A stretch of DNA of 64,000 nt from Mustelus asterias (Eukaryota). The notes under the pieces are model-generated. The model was not told the origin of the DNA and did not search any database. It saw nothing but the letters and a program-made list of their open reading frames with translations. Made by a program: the position numbers and the translations under genes. Of this stretch, positions 12,310 through 25,000 are shown one piece after another; within the stretch, counting starts at the first letter, position 1, and each line of letters opens with the position of its first letter. The stretch covers positions 930,001 through 994,000 of the forward strand of contig NW_027590151.1 in assembly GCF_964213995.1 (NCBI RefSeq), read 5' to 3'.

Positions 12310-12480
12310 CCATCGACAACCTTGCGCTTGCGGACAGTGTCACGTACCCTGAGTCACCATCAGAGGGCGCAGTCGTCACATGTTTCTCCAAACTTGAAAT
12401 GACACGGACAATGTCTCTGGTACCATTGGCACACCGCTGCTATTGGCAACAAAGTCCACAGTCTATTTGTTCTGCTCTGT
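12310..12480 (+). pseudogene. Possible highly decayed TCR V segment
   Basis: LALADSVTYPESPSEGAVVTC resembles the framework-1 pattern GDSVTQP..EG.VV..C. LWYH and QSPQSI lie nearby in shifted frames. No RSS. Confidence 0.35.
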
Positions 12481-12530
12481 GTCGCCCCCTCTCTCTGGCC
12501 TACCTCACGTGTCCTGCATTACTGAATGAG

Positions 12531-12735
12531 CGGCACGGTGGCACAGTGGTTATCATTGCTGCCTTACAGCGCAAGGAACCCAGATACAATTCCGGCCTTG
12601 GATGACTGTCTGTGCGGAGTTTGCACGTTCTCTCCGTGTCTACCTGGGTATTCTCCAGATGCTACGGTTTCCTCCCACAGTCCAAAAATTTGCAGGTTAG
12701 GTGCATTGTTCATGCTAAATTGCCCCTTAGTGTTA
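12531..12735 (+). mobile_element. tRNA-derived SINE (HE1-like)
   Basis: ggcacggtggcacagtggtt A-box head; ctgtgcggagtttgcacgttctc core. Confidence 0.8.
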
Positions 12736-13502
12736 CGGGGATTTTTTCCGAACTGTAGAGTCATAGACTCGGGGAGAAGGAAGCAGAACCACAACCGACC
12801 TCTCCTCATCAATTTTCTCACTTCTCACTTCGCGTTTCCTTCCCAATTAAAAGTAAAGAATATGCTGTTCTCCTGACCGCTGTAACTCAGGCATTGCCAT
12901 TATTCAAATGATATGAACTCTTTTTAAAAATTATTAATTGGGCGTCGGTGACAAGACAATATTTCTGTCCATCACCTTTTGCCCTCGAACCGGGCTGGGA
13001 TATTTGAGAATTCGTTATATTGTTGTTATTCTGCAATCACACACATTCCAGGCCTCGCTAGGATGGCATATTTCCTTCCACAAAGTGCATTAGTGAACTA
13101 GGTGGATTTGCAGTGAAAGCGTTCCAGCATCATCAATGCGACTAGCTTTCAATATCAATTAATCACCTTTAAATTTAACCTTGACTTTTCTAAATTTAAA
13201 TTTTGACCATTTTTCTCCAAAATCGAATTGAAATATAACGATTTGATATGGTGGGATTTGAACTAATTTTCCCAAAGCATTATTCTGGGCCCTTGAACTA
13301 CTTGTCCAGTGACCCACATGTTGACAATAATTAATAAGAAAAAGCGCAGTTCTTAAAGTTGACTCTTCCCAGTACATTATATCAGAATGGGATCACAACC
13401 ATACAGTGCATCGGGTTGTCTCTGAGTGGACCTTTGAAGAAACGGCAATGTCACAATTAGCTGCACCATGACAATTTCATATCCTAACCCTGCTGATTTC
13501 AG

Positions 13503-13625
13503 ACAGTAAGAAGTCTCACAACACCAGGTTAAAGTCCAACAGGTTTATTTGGTAGCAAATACCATAAGCATTCGGAGCACAGCTCCTTCGTCAGATGGAG
13601 TGGATATCTGTTCTCCAACAGTGCA
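13503..13625 (-). mobile_element. Penelope-derived fragment with a hammerhead-like motif (13562-13598)
   Basis: CCAU-CUGACGA-A-GGAGC-UGU-GCUCC-GAAU-GC-UU-AUGG; GAAA is mutated to GAAU. Confidence 0.7.
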
Positions 13626-14346
13626 TGGCCAGCTTTCAGGACAGCACCCACAGTACACGCTTTACATTATCTCAGGAATAATATACAGGCAACTAGACTT
13701 CATTGATTGATTTCTCTGTACCTTCAGTAAAACAAAGAAGATTGCATGGTATTCACAGCCCATCCACCGATATCTCAACATTCGAACATAAAAATTAGGC
13801 TGCCTGCAAATCTGCTCTAACATTCAGTCAGATTACAGTTCATCTGATTTTCCGTTTAAATCCACTTTTCTGCCTTGATCTTCTTGAACCGTGGCATACA
13901 TTTTCGTTAAAATGTTGGTTTCACTCAGTTTTAAAATTATTCAGTGGCCCACAGCCTCCACCGTTCTCTGGACTCTCACTGAGTCTCAGGCACTAATGCT
14001 TGGATGCTAAAATTAAGAGAATGTGCACAGAACATTGATTGGAAATCCACCAAATGTATCAACACTCCTTGCTCCTCCGTTCCAATAACAAAATGAAGGT
14101 TTTTTTCTTGACATCCCGTTTCCAAAGCGGAACAATTCGCCCAACAGTGACACCGAATGGAGGACAGGTTGGGGAGCTTCTATTCACTGACAGTCATCTG
14201 AGCAATTACCAATCTCACGGAGCCACTGGCGAGACACGGAACTGACGCATGAGCCTCTGAGAAATGTCGTCAGATTATTAAGGGTGGGGATTTAGAATGG
14301 GTGTCTTCAAATAACCAATTCCGCTTTCACAGAGCGGACAGAAACA

Positions 14347-14804
14347 ATGAAGATACTCGTCATCTGGATTGTGTGGGGGGCATTTCTAACAGGTATATCT
14401 GGGCATCACGTTAGTTTTCTCATTTCCAAAACTTGGGTTGAATCTTACTGTTGAGTCACGTCACTCTTTTCTTTATCTATGTGAACATATTTTCCAGGTC
14501 TGAGCCATGGCGATTCTGTCACTCAGCCGCTGTCCTCAGATGTTAAGACAGAAGGAGGCGTGGTGATATTAAACTGCAACTATGATACTGCAGAAACCAG
14601 CTATATTTTATACTGGTATCGACAGCATCCAGACTCCCAGCCCGAGTACATACTGTGGAAGCACTCGGGGGGTAATGAAGGTAAAGCAGATTTTGCGAAA
14701 ATCCGTTTCTCGACTGACCTCCAAACCCCGAAGAAATCCATCAGTTTGACTATCTCGGATCTGCAGTTGTCTGACGCGGCCGTGTATTACTGCGCTTTCA
14801 GCCT
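14347..14804 (+). CDS. T-cell receptor alpha/delta-type V segment, apparently functional (leader 14347-14392, V exon 14498-14804)
   Basis: Leader MKILVIWIVWGAFLT, GT-AG intron, then GDSVTQP..LNCNY..LYWYRQ..ISLTISDLQLSDAAVYYCAFS. Canonical Cys-Trp-Cys. Confidence 0.93.
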
Positions 14805-14843
14805 CACAGTGATGGAAAGCAGCCTGACTCCTGTACAAAAACT
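14805..14843 (+). promoter_or_regulatory. Recombination signal sequence, 23-bp spacer
   Basis: CACAGTG + 23 nt + ACAAAAACT. Confidence 0.95.
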
Positions 14844-17372
14844 GTCTCAGCAGGATAAGTCAGAGCTCCTCGCTGCTGTATAGAACTTCTGGCAGATGCA
14901 GCCACAATGAGCAGCGGCGCTGTCAGCCGCTCAAACACAAACCGACAGGAAACCACATTCATCTCGGATCAACTGTCACCCAACTGTTTCCAGGAGAGGC
15001 CGAGAAAACAAACTGCAGAACCGTTTTAGGCCGACAAGTCCATCACATAATGAATGTGTCAATTAAATCGTCCCTTCTGCTGCTAATCAACTCTGTATTC
15101 CTCTAAAATCAGACCTGGGTGATAAAATCCCAAACATCCGTCAACCATGGCCGTGAAGCGCCACACACACAGCAGACGGAGAGTTCTCCATGTTTGTGTG
15201 ACGTCCTCTGATCCCGAAGTCCCTATTTGTCCTTTCCTTATTTTTCCGTGCCTGCTTACCATATTGAACAACACTCGCTCCATCTCCCTTTTCAGTTTCT
15301 GGGGGCCTTTGAGGGTGAGCTGTTCATAGCGTTTATTTGATCAATATTGCTACATTCCAGACAGCTTGCACACCCTGAACACATTTCATAAAGTTGCGAC
15401 TTTGATTTCTCAAACAAATCCGAGCAGCCAATTTCCACATCTCCCTGACTGTCTTCACCTGATACCAGGGTAGCATTAAACTTCTTATCATATCTGGCTT
15501 GTTCAACTGTTTGTCGCTGCTCCTTGATTCTGTAAATCAGATGAATATTTGAATACTGTTTGGGAAACATTGTGAAATTCAATTGAATGATCAAAGTCAA
15601 TGAGTTCTGAAATCTGTTCATTTTTCATAAACTGTTTCTTACGCAACAGCACAGTCTGATCAAAAAAACCAGAGAACTGGTCTTGGGCCAAAGGCTCCAG
15701 AAATCTATAAGGGGAGATGAGGAAGAGTTGTTTAATGTTACAGAGAGGCACGGAAACAGCTTCAAAACACTAAGTGAACGAAATAGATTAAATAGATTTA
15801 TAAAGGCGAATTTAATTATGAACGCGAGTTAAAACCAACTAATACAATTCCGCAAGTGTCCCTCACCTCTTCTTGTGGGGGGTTATATTTTGTTCTTTTC
15901 GGAAGATTCCTGTGACTCTCACTGAGTTTAATTCTTGTCCCTATTTATCGGTGTGACAGCGCCATCCTCTGGCCACCAACTGGAACACCCATTCTGGGGA
16001 GTTTCGTCTCCTGGATCCGCTCCATGTATCTATGTGCCTCCATCGCACGGAAATACACGGCACTATTCGACAGAAGATATAAAGGAACTGTTTTGTTTCC
16101 CTTCAGCAAATCTGCAGAGAACCTCGGTTTGGGGACCTTTCTTCACCCCCTAAGCTACATTTCTTCAGCAAATATCGCGGAGCTTCCCCGGAAGACTGCA
16201 TGTACCAGAGTAGAGTGGGGGTAGTGTAGATTATCAAGTAACGGCAGTCCAGTCCACACTGTCCTTCCCCAATTGTCAATTCGAAATGAGCCTGGAACAC
16301 TGAAGTTTTGCCACTCATTCATGTCACACAAATACAGATTAGCTCAAAAGTCAGGGTTTAAAAATAACCACTGGATGACATGGTTACCATTTAATAATGG
16401 ACCCGCCGGGCAGCAAGATCATTATAATCAGTAAGGAGCATGGAGAACACATGGTTTCCGGGTATACATCTCGATACGAAGTAACAAAATGCTCTAATTC
16501 TGCCGGTGATTCCAATCTAGTGTAAAGGGTAGCCCCTGTTATAGTCTGGTTTTATTTTTTGAGGAACTGAGGGGCATTTCCCAGAAACAGGATTGGCTAC
16601 TCTGCCGGAACTGATGGATATTCCCCGCCAATAAATGAGAGCTGTAAAGAATCGCATTTTCTGGTTCCTTCTGTGTCTTATACGACTTTCCTCATAACTC
16701 TGTCTCATTGCTTCCGTCTCTCTGTTATACCAACCTCTCATTTTTTGTAAACCTCCTTATCGCTATCAAATGACTGGAAATTAATTCAAATAATTCAAGG
16801 GGTGACAACTGATTTTGACAAACTCGACAAACAAAGCTACCCGAAACCACCAGCAGGTGGCGTGACTTACCGTCGTTGCGGAGTTTTCACATTGCTACCT
16901 GAAAATCAATGTGCCCTTTCTATTTGTCACATTTAATGAATCCGTCATTACCATAGACCATGTGAATGGCGGAGTGAATAAGAAACAGCTAAAGTTAACG
17001 ACATAAACTTAAGATCACGTGTGTTCTCCGCTCTTGGATTGATTGGAAATGGATAATGTTCACCAGATTTAAGCAGTGATCCTTCCTTGTTGATCAGCCC
17101 CACTACTCGCCATCAGCAATTACTGAAGCGATTCATTCCGCTGCTGTCTGCACCCGGGCAAAGTCAGTGAAGGCAAAAGTAGCGGAGCAGACCATGGCTG
17201 TATTTTGCGTTTCATTGACAGTCATCCAATGGAGCAGCACCACCTTATCCTCACTGCTCACTTCCGCACAGCGAAGTGTGTAAACCACCAAAGAAATTCT
17301 GTAAATTCAGAACATTTGCAGATCGTGCGATGGGTCATTCACCCCATCGTGCGTGCTTGACTGTCATTAATT

Positions 17373-17690
17373 GGTACAGTGGTGTCACAGTGGTTAGCAC
17401 TGCTGCCTCATAATTCCAGGGATCCGGGTTCAGTTCCAGGCTACGTGGAGTTGGCAGATGCTCCCAGTGTCTGTATGGGGTGCCCCTTTTCCTCCGGCAG
17501 TTCAATGATGTGCAGGTTAGATGCGTTCAGCATTCCAACTTGTCAAATATTTGTGGGTTAGAATAAATCGCCACGATAAATCTGTGGGGTTACGGTGATG
17601 GAGCAGGGGAGAGGACCAGGAAAATATACTCTGTCGGAGAGTCACTGCAGACTCGAAGAGCCTGATGGCCTCCTTTTGCACTGTATGGAT
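17373..17690 (+). mobile_element. HE1-like SINE (diverged)
   Basis: cacagtggttagcactgctgcctca head and LINE-like tail. Confidence 0.75.
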
Positions 17691-19185
17691 TCGAAGACAA
17701 TTATTGGTCTTTTCATCAACTGCATTCCCTAAACTCCATATTCCTTATGCAAACGTAATTGGAGCAGCGCTGGTAAGCTTACTTCCAGCAATGTAGCTCA
17801 AACAGACATGAGAGTTTCTTTATTGAATTTTCAGTCATTTACCTGAATCACTCAAACATTCTGGTTCACTGTGTACCATTCAGGATACCTGTCACTGAAT
17901 CAAGTGGTTAGCTGATTTCCGTCAAACACTTACTCATCTCGAACCTCTTAATGAGGAAGTATGATCTGTATTGCTGAACGTTCCCCTCCAGTTATTTCTC
18001 GGATCTGATCTGCTTTCTTCCCGACTACAAGATACAATAGCAAATCTTCCCTTGTTGGTGTTTCTTCCAACATTTCGGATTATATAAGCATCTGAAACCA
18101 ATCGTAGAAGCTATTCGGTTACCTCCTTTACCGACTTCTTGCATAGAATTAATACGAGACAATATAAATCTCCATTACTATTGTTGCATAATTTGTCTGC
18201 ATATTTCTTCCACTATCTTCCTTCCCGGTGCAGAGACATGGTGAGGGACACAATAAGTTCAGAGATAGGGTTGTCGAGGTGAAGAGCTATAGAGTGACAC
18301 GAAGATGTACAGATTCCGAAAGATACTGAGTAAGAAACTCCTGATATTGAGTTTGATGTAACGGTTAAAATGCACTCAGTGTAAACGTTTCCATCGCATC
18401 TTCTGATTCTGATTCGCACGCTGTCTCTCAAAGGCAATAAAGGAAGACTTCCATTTATATACCGCCGTTCATGACATCAGGACTTCACAAAGAACTTTAC
18501 ACCCAAAGAAGTCTTCGAATTTTCATCACTGTCTTAATATAGGAGTCTTGGCAGTTAATAGGTGCGCTTCAAACTCCACAAAGAACAAAGTGATAATCAG
18601 GTCATCGATTTTAGTGATTTTGATTGGAGGGCTGATGGAAAGTGACATCTGTCAGAAAACCTGTCATTCTGTCATCTAAGTTGCCATTTCCGCTCATCGG
18701 TCGCACAGATATACATTCAAGTTCACATTTCAGGTTTTGGCTCATTTAGTTCCACTGTTGAGGCGGAGGGTGGGTGATGCACTTTTATAGGAAAGTCCAG
18801 TAGATCCGCAATGAGTCTCGATTCCCTCATCTGCCTGAGTGTTTTTCCCCCCTATTTCTTTGTTGTGAAGAACGATTTAAAAAAAAGAATCTTCTGGCAA
18901 ATATGCGCCATTTCCCATAGATCACTTACAATATCACTTGTGTCAGTCTTCTATTAGAAAAGTTTCAGATGGTGATTCACGATGTTAGTCTGCACCTATA
19001 ATCCCATTAAATTCTGTTGTACAATGAGTCTGTCAAAAAACTATCAGCATTAATTATTTTACGGTTAATATTTGCCGAGGTCAGAGCAAAGATAATATGG
19101 TTCCAACATCGAGATTCGGATAATTTTGAGCAACGAACTGCAATCATACGGATTTTGCCCACTCGACATGAAAAAGTTTAAGGAA

Positions 19186-19247
19186 TGTTTCGAACAGCGG
19201 CCTTTTCGCATGTGAGGCGAACGTGATAACCACTACAATACAGAAAC
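19186..19247 (-). pseudogene. tRNA-Val(CAC) pseudogene
   Basis: GTTTCTGTATTGTAGTGGTTATCACGTTCGCCTCACATGCGAAAAGG..TTCGAAACA; the 3' acceptor strand is deleted. Confidence 0.85.
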
Positions 19248-19506
19248 AGCTGGCAACAGCTTAAAACAAATGGGCCTGTCTGCAATGTTCAACTGCGCTG
19301 TGTTGCTGCAGATTACAATGGTTCGACTGAGAGCCCATGTCACTTAAATCGGAAGACAACCGTTACTTTCAACCTGATTGCTCAACTTAACTTTAACGTC
19401 AAAGTTTAAAAGCGTTCGTCCATCATTTTTCTAAGGGAGCAAAGATTTCGGCTCATTCATTAATTTTCATCTTTCTTCGAATAATCTCAACCAATTGTAC
19501 TCAGTA

Positions 19507-19640
19507 ATAAAAGCAAATTACTGAGGATGCTGGAATCTGAAACCAAAAGAGGAAATGCTGGAAAACCTCACAAGCATCTGTGAGGAGAGAAAGGAGCTGA
19601 CGTTTCGTGTCCAGATGACACTTCATCAACGCTCATTGTA
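19507..19640 (-). mobile_element. Penelope-type short insertion (family B) with a hammerhead-like motif at 19594-19634
   Basis: 15-bp TSD caattgtactcagta (19492-19506 / 19641-19655). Motif UUGAUGA-A-GUGUC-AUCUG-GACAC-GAAACGUC. Confidence 0.7.
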
Positions 19641-20393
19641 CAATTGTACTCAGTATTTGTTTCAATATTTAGTATCAACGCATTATTTAACACACGTCTT
19701 CATGATGAATTGAATATCTCTGAAATTGAACATCACTCAATTGCAAACATAACTGACCACCAAATGAATCGAGTCACCGGGTAATACAGATCGCAATTTT
19801 GAGAATGACCATAGTCAGCTTTTAAACAAAGTCAATTACATTTAAATGGAAGGGATTGAAGAATTATCTCTTAGTTACACTTGAGCCTTTTTTTGTCATG
19901 GGCGCGAAACATTCAGACGCATGAATTCCGGCCATCTATGGGAAAGTCCAGTAGATCCGCACTGAGGTCTCGATTTCCTCATCTGTCTCAGTGGCTTTTC
20001 CAATTTTTTGCTATGAAGAACGATATAAAAACTCTTCTGGGAAATGTGCGCCATTTCCTCTGGTTTACTTACAGTATCACTTGTGTCTGTCTTTTTGAGC
20101 ACACACTACTATTTGTCATGTTCCAGATAGTGATTATGTCATTCTGCACTGATAGACCCATTAAATTCGGTTGTAGATTGAACGACATGCGAATATGTAC
20201 ACGTTGTCAAAGTCGAAAGGTTTCTTTCCTGTCAGTGCGTCAAGAGATATCAGCATTTCTTATTTTACAGAAAGCATTTGAGGCTCAGGTTAGAGCAAAA
20301 ATAATTTGGCTGTCACATCAAAGTTCGGATAATGTTGAGCAACGAACTGAAATCATGCAGATTTCTTCACCCGACATGAGAAAACTTAATGAA

Positions 20394-20450
20394 CGTTTCC
20401 CCCCGGGGACCTTTTGCGTGTGAGGCGAACGTGATAACCACTATAGAAAC
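20394..20450 (-). pseudogene. tRNA-Val(CAC) pseudogene
   Basis: D and anticodon arms kept (TGGTTATCACGTTCGCCTCACACGC); deletions in the 5' stem and T arm. Confidence 0.8.
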
Positions 20451-22021
20451 AGCTGGCAGCAAACTCCAGCAAATCAATCTATCTGCAATGTTAACTGCGC
20501 TGTGTTTCTGCAGGTTCCAATGGTTTGACTGAGAGCCCATGTCACTTGTTTCAGGAAGAAAACCGTTACTTTCAATCTGATTGCTCGCATTATCTTGAAC
20601 TTCAAAATTTAAAAGCGTTCGTTTGGCAAATATCTACGGGACCAATGATTTCTGCTCATTCATTAATGCATCCATTCTCATCGTCCATTGAAAATTCTCA
20701 ACCGATTGTGCTCATTAATAAAAGCAAATTACTGAGGATGCTGGAATCAGAAAACAAAAGAGAAAATGCTGGAAAATCTCACGTGGTCTGGCAGCATCTG
20801 TGAGGAGAGAAAGGAGCTGACGTTTCAAATCCAGATGGCACTTTATCAAAGCTCATTGTACAATTGTACTCAGTATTTGTTTCAATATTTAATATCAATG
20901 CATTATTTAACACATATGTCTTCATTATGAATTGAATATCTCTGAAATTGAATATCACTGAATTGCAAACATAACTGACCAACAGAAGCAATCGAGTCAC
21001 CGGATAATAGAGATCGCAATTTTGAGATTGACTATAGTCAGCGTTTAAACAAAGTCAACAACATTTAAGTGGAAGAGGTTGAAAACATATCTGTTAGTTA
21101 CACTTGGCCTTTTTTATTTTGGGCCTGAAACATTCAGGTGTATAAATTCCGGCCATCTACAGGAAAGTCCAGTATTTCCGCGCTGAGTCTCGATTTCCTC
21201 ATCTGGCTGAGTGATTTTTTCCTATTTCTTTTTTATGACGAACGATTTTTAAAAAATATTCTGGGAAATATGCGCCATTTCCTCTCGTCCACTTGCAGTA
21301 TCACTTGTGTCTGTCTCTTTGAGCACACACTACTATGAGACATGCTTCAGGTGGTGATTAACTATGTTAGTCTGCACCTATAAACCCATTCAATTCTGCT
21401 GCAGACTGAACGAGATGCGAATATGCGCACGGTGTCAAAATCGAAACGTTTCTTTCCTTTCAGTGCGTCAAAAAAAATCAGCATTTCTTATTTTACAGAA
21501 AACATCGCTATCACCGGCTCCTGTGAGATCGAGTCTGCAGCAATGACACCTGCAGAAATTTAGAAACATCAAGCGTTAAGATGTCATTATCATTTGATTG
21601 TAAATAATAGCATTAGGGAACGGATCACATTGTAATTTGCAACAAAGCGAAATTAAATTAATGTCGAAGTTGCTTGCAAGAGGAAGATTGTCTAAATTGT
21701 TGACTGACCAAGTAAGAGAGCTGAAACAGTGAGAACTTAATACAAAACGAGACCCTACATGTTAGCAGCAAGTTTATTGCGGAATTAAACAGAATGGGTG
21801 AACCTGTAATTGTTTCTGTGAAGATATTCATATATATCCGGTCTCTCCAGCGATTGGTTCATTCCTGAAAGAATCAACTGGTGACGTCTCATCCGCTCCA
21901 CGGCCTCCTGTTCTCCAATTCATAAGAACATAAGAACATAAGAAATAGGAGCAGGAGTAGGCCATCTAGCCCCTCGAGCCTGCCCCGCCATTCAATAAGA
22001 TCATGGCTGATCTGACGTGGA

Positions 22022-25000
22022 TCAGTACCACTTACCCGCCTGATCCCCATAACCCTTAATTCCCTTACCGATCAGGAATCCATCTATCCGCGCTTTAAAC
22101 ATATTCAGCGAGGTAGCCTCCACCACCTCAGTGGGCAGAGAATTCCAGAGATTCACCACCCTCTGGGAGAAGAAGTTCCTCCTCAACTCTGTCTTAAACC
22201 GACCCCCCTTTATTTTGAGGCTGTGTCCTCTAGTTTTAACTTCCTTACTAAGTGGAAAGAATCTCTCCGCCTCCACCCTATCCAGCCCCCGCATTATCTT
22301 ATAAGTCTCCATAAGATCCCCCCTCATCCTTCTAAACTCCAACGAGTACAAACCCAATCTCCTCAGCCTCTCCTCATAATCCAAACCCCTCATCTCCGGT
22401 ATCAACCTGGTGAACCTTCTCTGCACTCCCTCCAATGCCAATATATCCTTCCTCATATAAGGGGACCAATACTGCACACAGTATTCCAGCTGCGGCCTCA
22501 CCAATGCCCTGTACAGGTGCATCAAGACATCCCTGCTTTTATATTCTATCCCCTTCGCAATATAGGCCAACATCCCATTTGCCTTCTTGATCACCTGTTG
22601 TACCTGCAGACTGGGCTTTTGCGTCTCATGCACAAGGACCCCCAGGTCCCTTTGCACGGTAGCATGTTTTAATTTGTTTCCATTGAGATAGTAATCCCAT
22701 TTGTTATTATTTCCTCCAAAGTGTATAACCTCGCATTTATCAACGTTATACTCCATTTGCCATATCCTCGCCCACTCACTCAGCCTGTCCAAATCTCTCT
22801 GCAGATCTTCTCCGTCCTCCACACGATTCACTTTTCCACTTATCTTTGTGTCGTCTGCAAACTTCGTTACCCTACACTCCGTCCCCTCCTCCAGATCATC
22901 TATATAAATGGTAAATAGTTGCGGCCCGAGTACCGATCCCTGCGGCACGCCACTAGTTACCTTCCTCCAACCGGAAAAACACCCATTTATTCCGACTCTT
23001 TGCTTCCTGTCGGATAGCCAGTCCCCAATCCACTTTAACACACTACCCCCAACTCCGTGTGCCCTCATCTTCTTCAGTAGCCTTTTATGGGGCACCTTAT
23101 CAAACGCCTTTTGGAAATCCAAAAACACCGCATCCACCGGTTCTCCTCCATCAACCGCCCTAGTCACATCTTCATAAAAATCCAACATGTTCGTCAAGCA
23201 CGACTTTCCCCTCATGAATCCATGCTGCGTCTGATTGATCGAACCATTTCTATCCAGATGCCCTGCTATCTCCTCTTTAATAATGGATTCCAGCATTTTC
23301 CCTACTACAGACGTTAAGCTGACCGGCCTATAGTTACCCGCCTTTTGTCTCCTTCCTTTTTTAAACAGCGGCGTAACATTAGCCGTTTTCCAATCAACCG
23401 GCACTACCCCAGAATGCAACGAGTTTTGATAAATAATCACTAACGCATCCACTATTACCTCTGACATTTCTTTTAATACCCTGGGATGCATTCCATCCGG
23501 ACCCGGGGACTTGTCCACCTTCAGTCCCATTAGTCTACCCAGCACTGCCTCTCTGGTTACATTAATTATATTAAGTATTTCTCCTGCTGCCAATCCTCTA
23601 TCGTTAATATTTGGCAAACTATTTGTGTCCTCCACCGTGAAGACCGAGACAAAAAACTTATTTAAAGACTCAGCCATATCCTCATTTCCCACTATTAACT
23701 CCCCCCTCTCGTCCTCCAAGGGTCCAACATTCACTCTAGCCACTCTATTCCTTTTTATATATTTATAAAAACTTTTACTATCATTTTTTATATTAATTGC
23801 TAGCCTAGCTTCATAGTCTATCCTTCCTTTCTTTATCGCTTTCTTAGTCTCTCTTTGTTGTTTCTTAAATTTTTCCCAATCACTTGTTTCTCCACTATTT
23901 TTGGCCACTCTGTACGCAGCTGTTTTTATTTTAATACTCTCCTTTATTTCCTTCGTTATCCACGGCTGGTTCTCCCTTTTCTTACAATCCTTGTTTTTTG
24001 CTGGAATATATTTTTGCTGAGAACTGAAAAGGATCTCCATAAAAATCCTCCACTGTTCCTCAGCTATCCTACCTGCCAGCCTGCTCTCCCAGTCTACCTT
24101 AGCCAATTCATCCCTCATCCTATCATATTTCCCTCTGTTCAAACAGAGGACACTGGTTTGGGACCAAACTTTCTCCTCTTCCATCTGAATCAGAAATTCG
24201 ACCATATTGTGGTCACTAGACCCAAGAGGGTCCTTCACAATAAGATCCTTAATTCTACCTACCTCGTTACACAATACCAGATCCAAAATAGCTCGTTCCC
24301 TCGTCGGTTCCGTAACATGCTGTTCAAGGAAACTATCCCGACAGCATTCTAAGAACTCTTCCTCCATTCCACCCTTACCGACTTGAGTCTGCCAGTCAAT
24401 GTGCATGTTGAAGTCCCCCATGATTATTGCCGTTCCGTTTTTACACGCATCCCTTATCTGCTTGTTTATAGCCCTCCCCACCTCAACATTATTATTTGGG
24501 GGCCTATATACCACACCTACTAGTGTCTTTCTCCCTCTACTATTCCTCATCTCTACCCATAACGATTCCACGTTTTGTTCCTCAGAGCCTATGTCATCCC
24601 TCAGTACTACCCTGATATTATCTCTTATTAATAGCGCGACCCCACCACCTTTTCCTTCCTGTCTATTCTTCCTAAACGCCTGATACCCCTGGATATTCAT
24701 CTCCCAGTCCTGGTCACCTTTCAGCCACGTTTCTGTAATGGCCACTAGATCGTACCCACTCGTGCTGATTTGCACCATAAACTCATATACCTTGTTCCGA
24801 ATGCTTCGTGCATTCAGGCAAAGTGTCCTTATTCCAGCTTTTATCTGGACCCGCTTTGATGAGTCGCGAACACCCTCTCCCTCTACTCCCTTATCTAAAT
24901 TACCGCCTTCATTCACTTGCACCCTCTCCTCTACCATTAATTTTGTAATTCCCCTTACCCCTGCATCCTCCACCCCATCAATTAGTTCCTTGATCCTAGT

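Larger units (their letters stand above)
18780..21500. repeat. Diverged tandem repeat, unit about 1.15-1.22 kb, two complete units plus a partial one
   Basis: Anchor ggaaagtccagta at about 18790, 19941 and 21162. Each complete unit holds a tRNA-Val remnant and a hammerhead-like insertion. Confidence 0.85.

Noticed and set aside
19881-20423. 180-aa ORF (also at 40231-40773)
   Set aside because: It starts at TTG, has no recognisable domain, is not open in neighbouring repeat units and overlaps a tRNA pseudogene. Its second copy is explained by the duplication.
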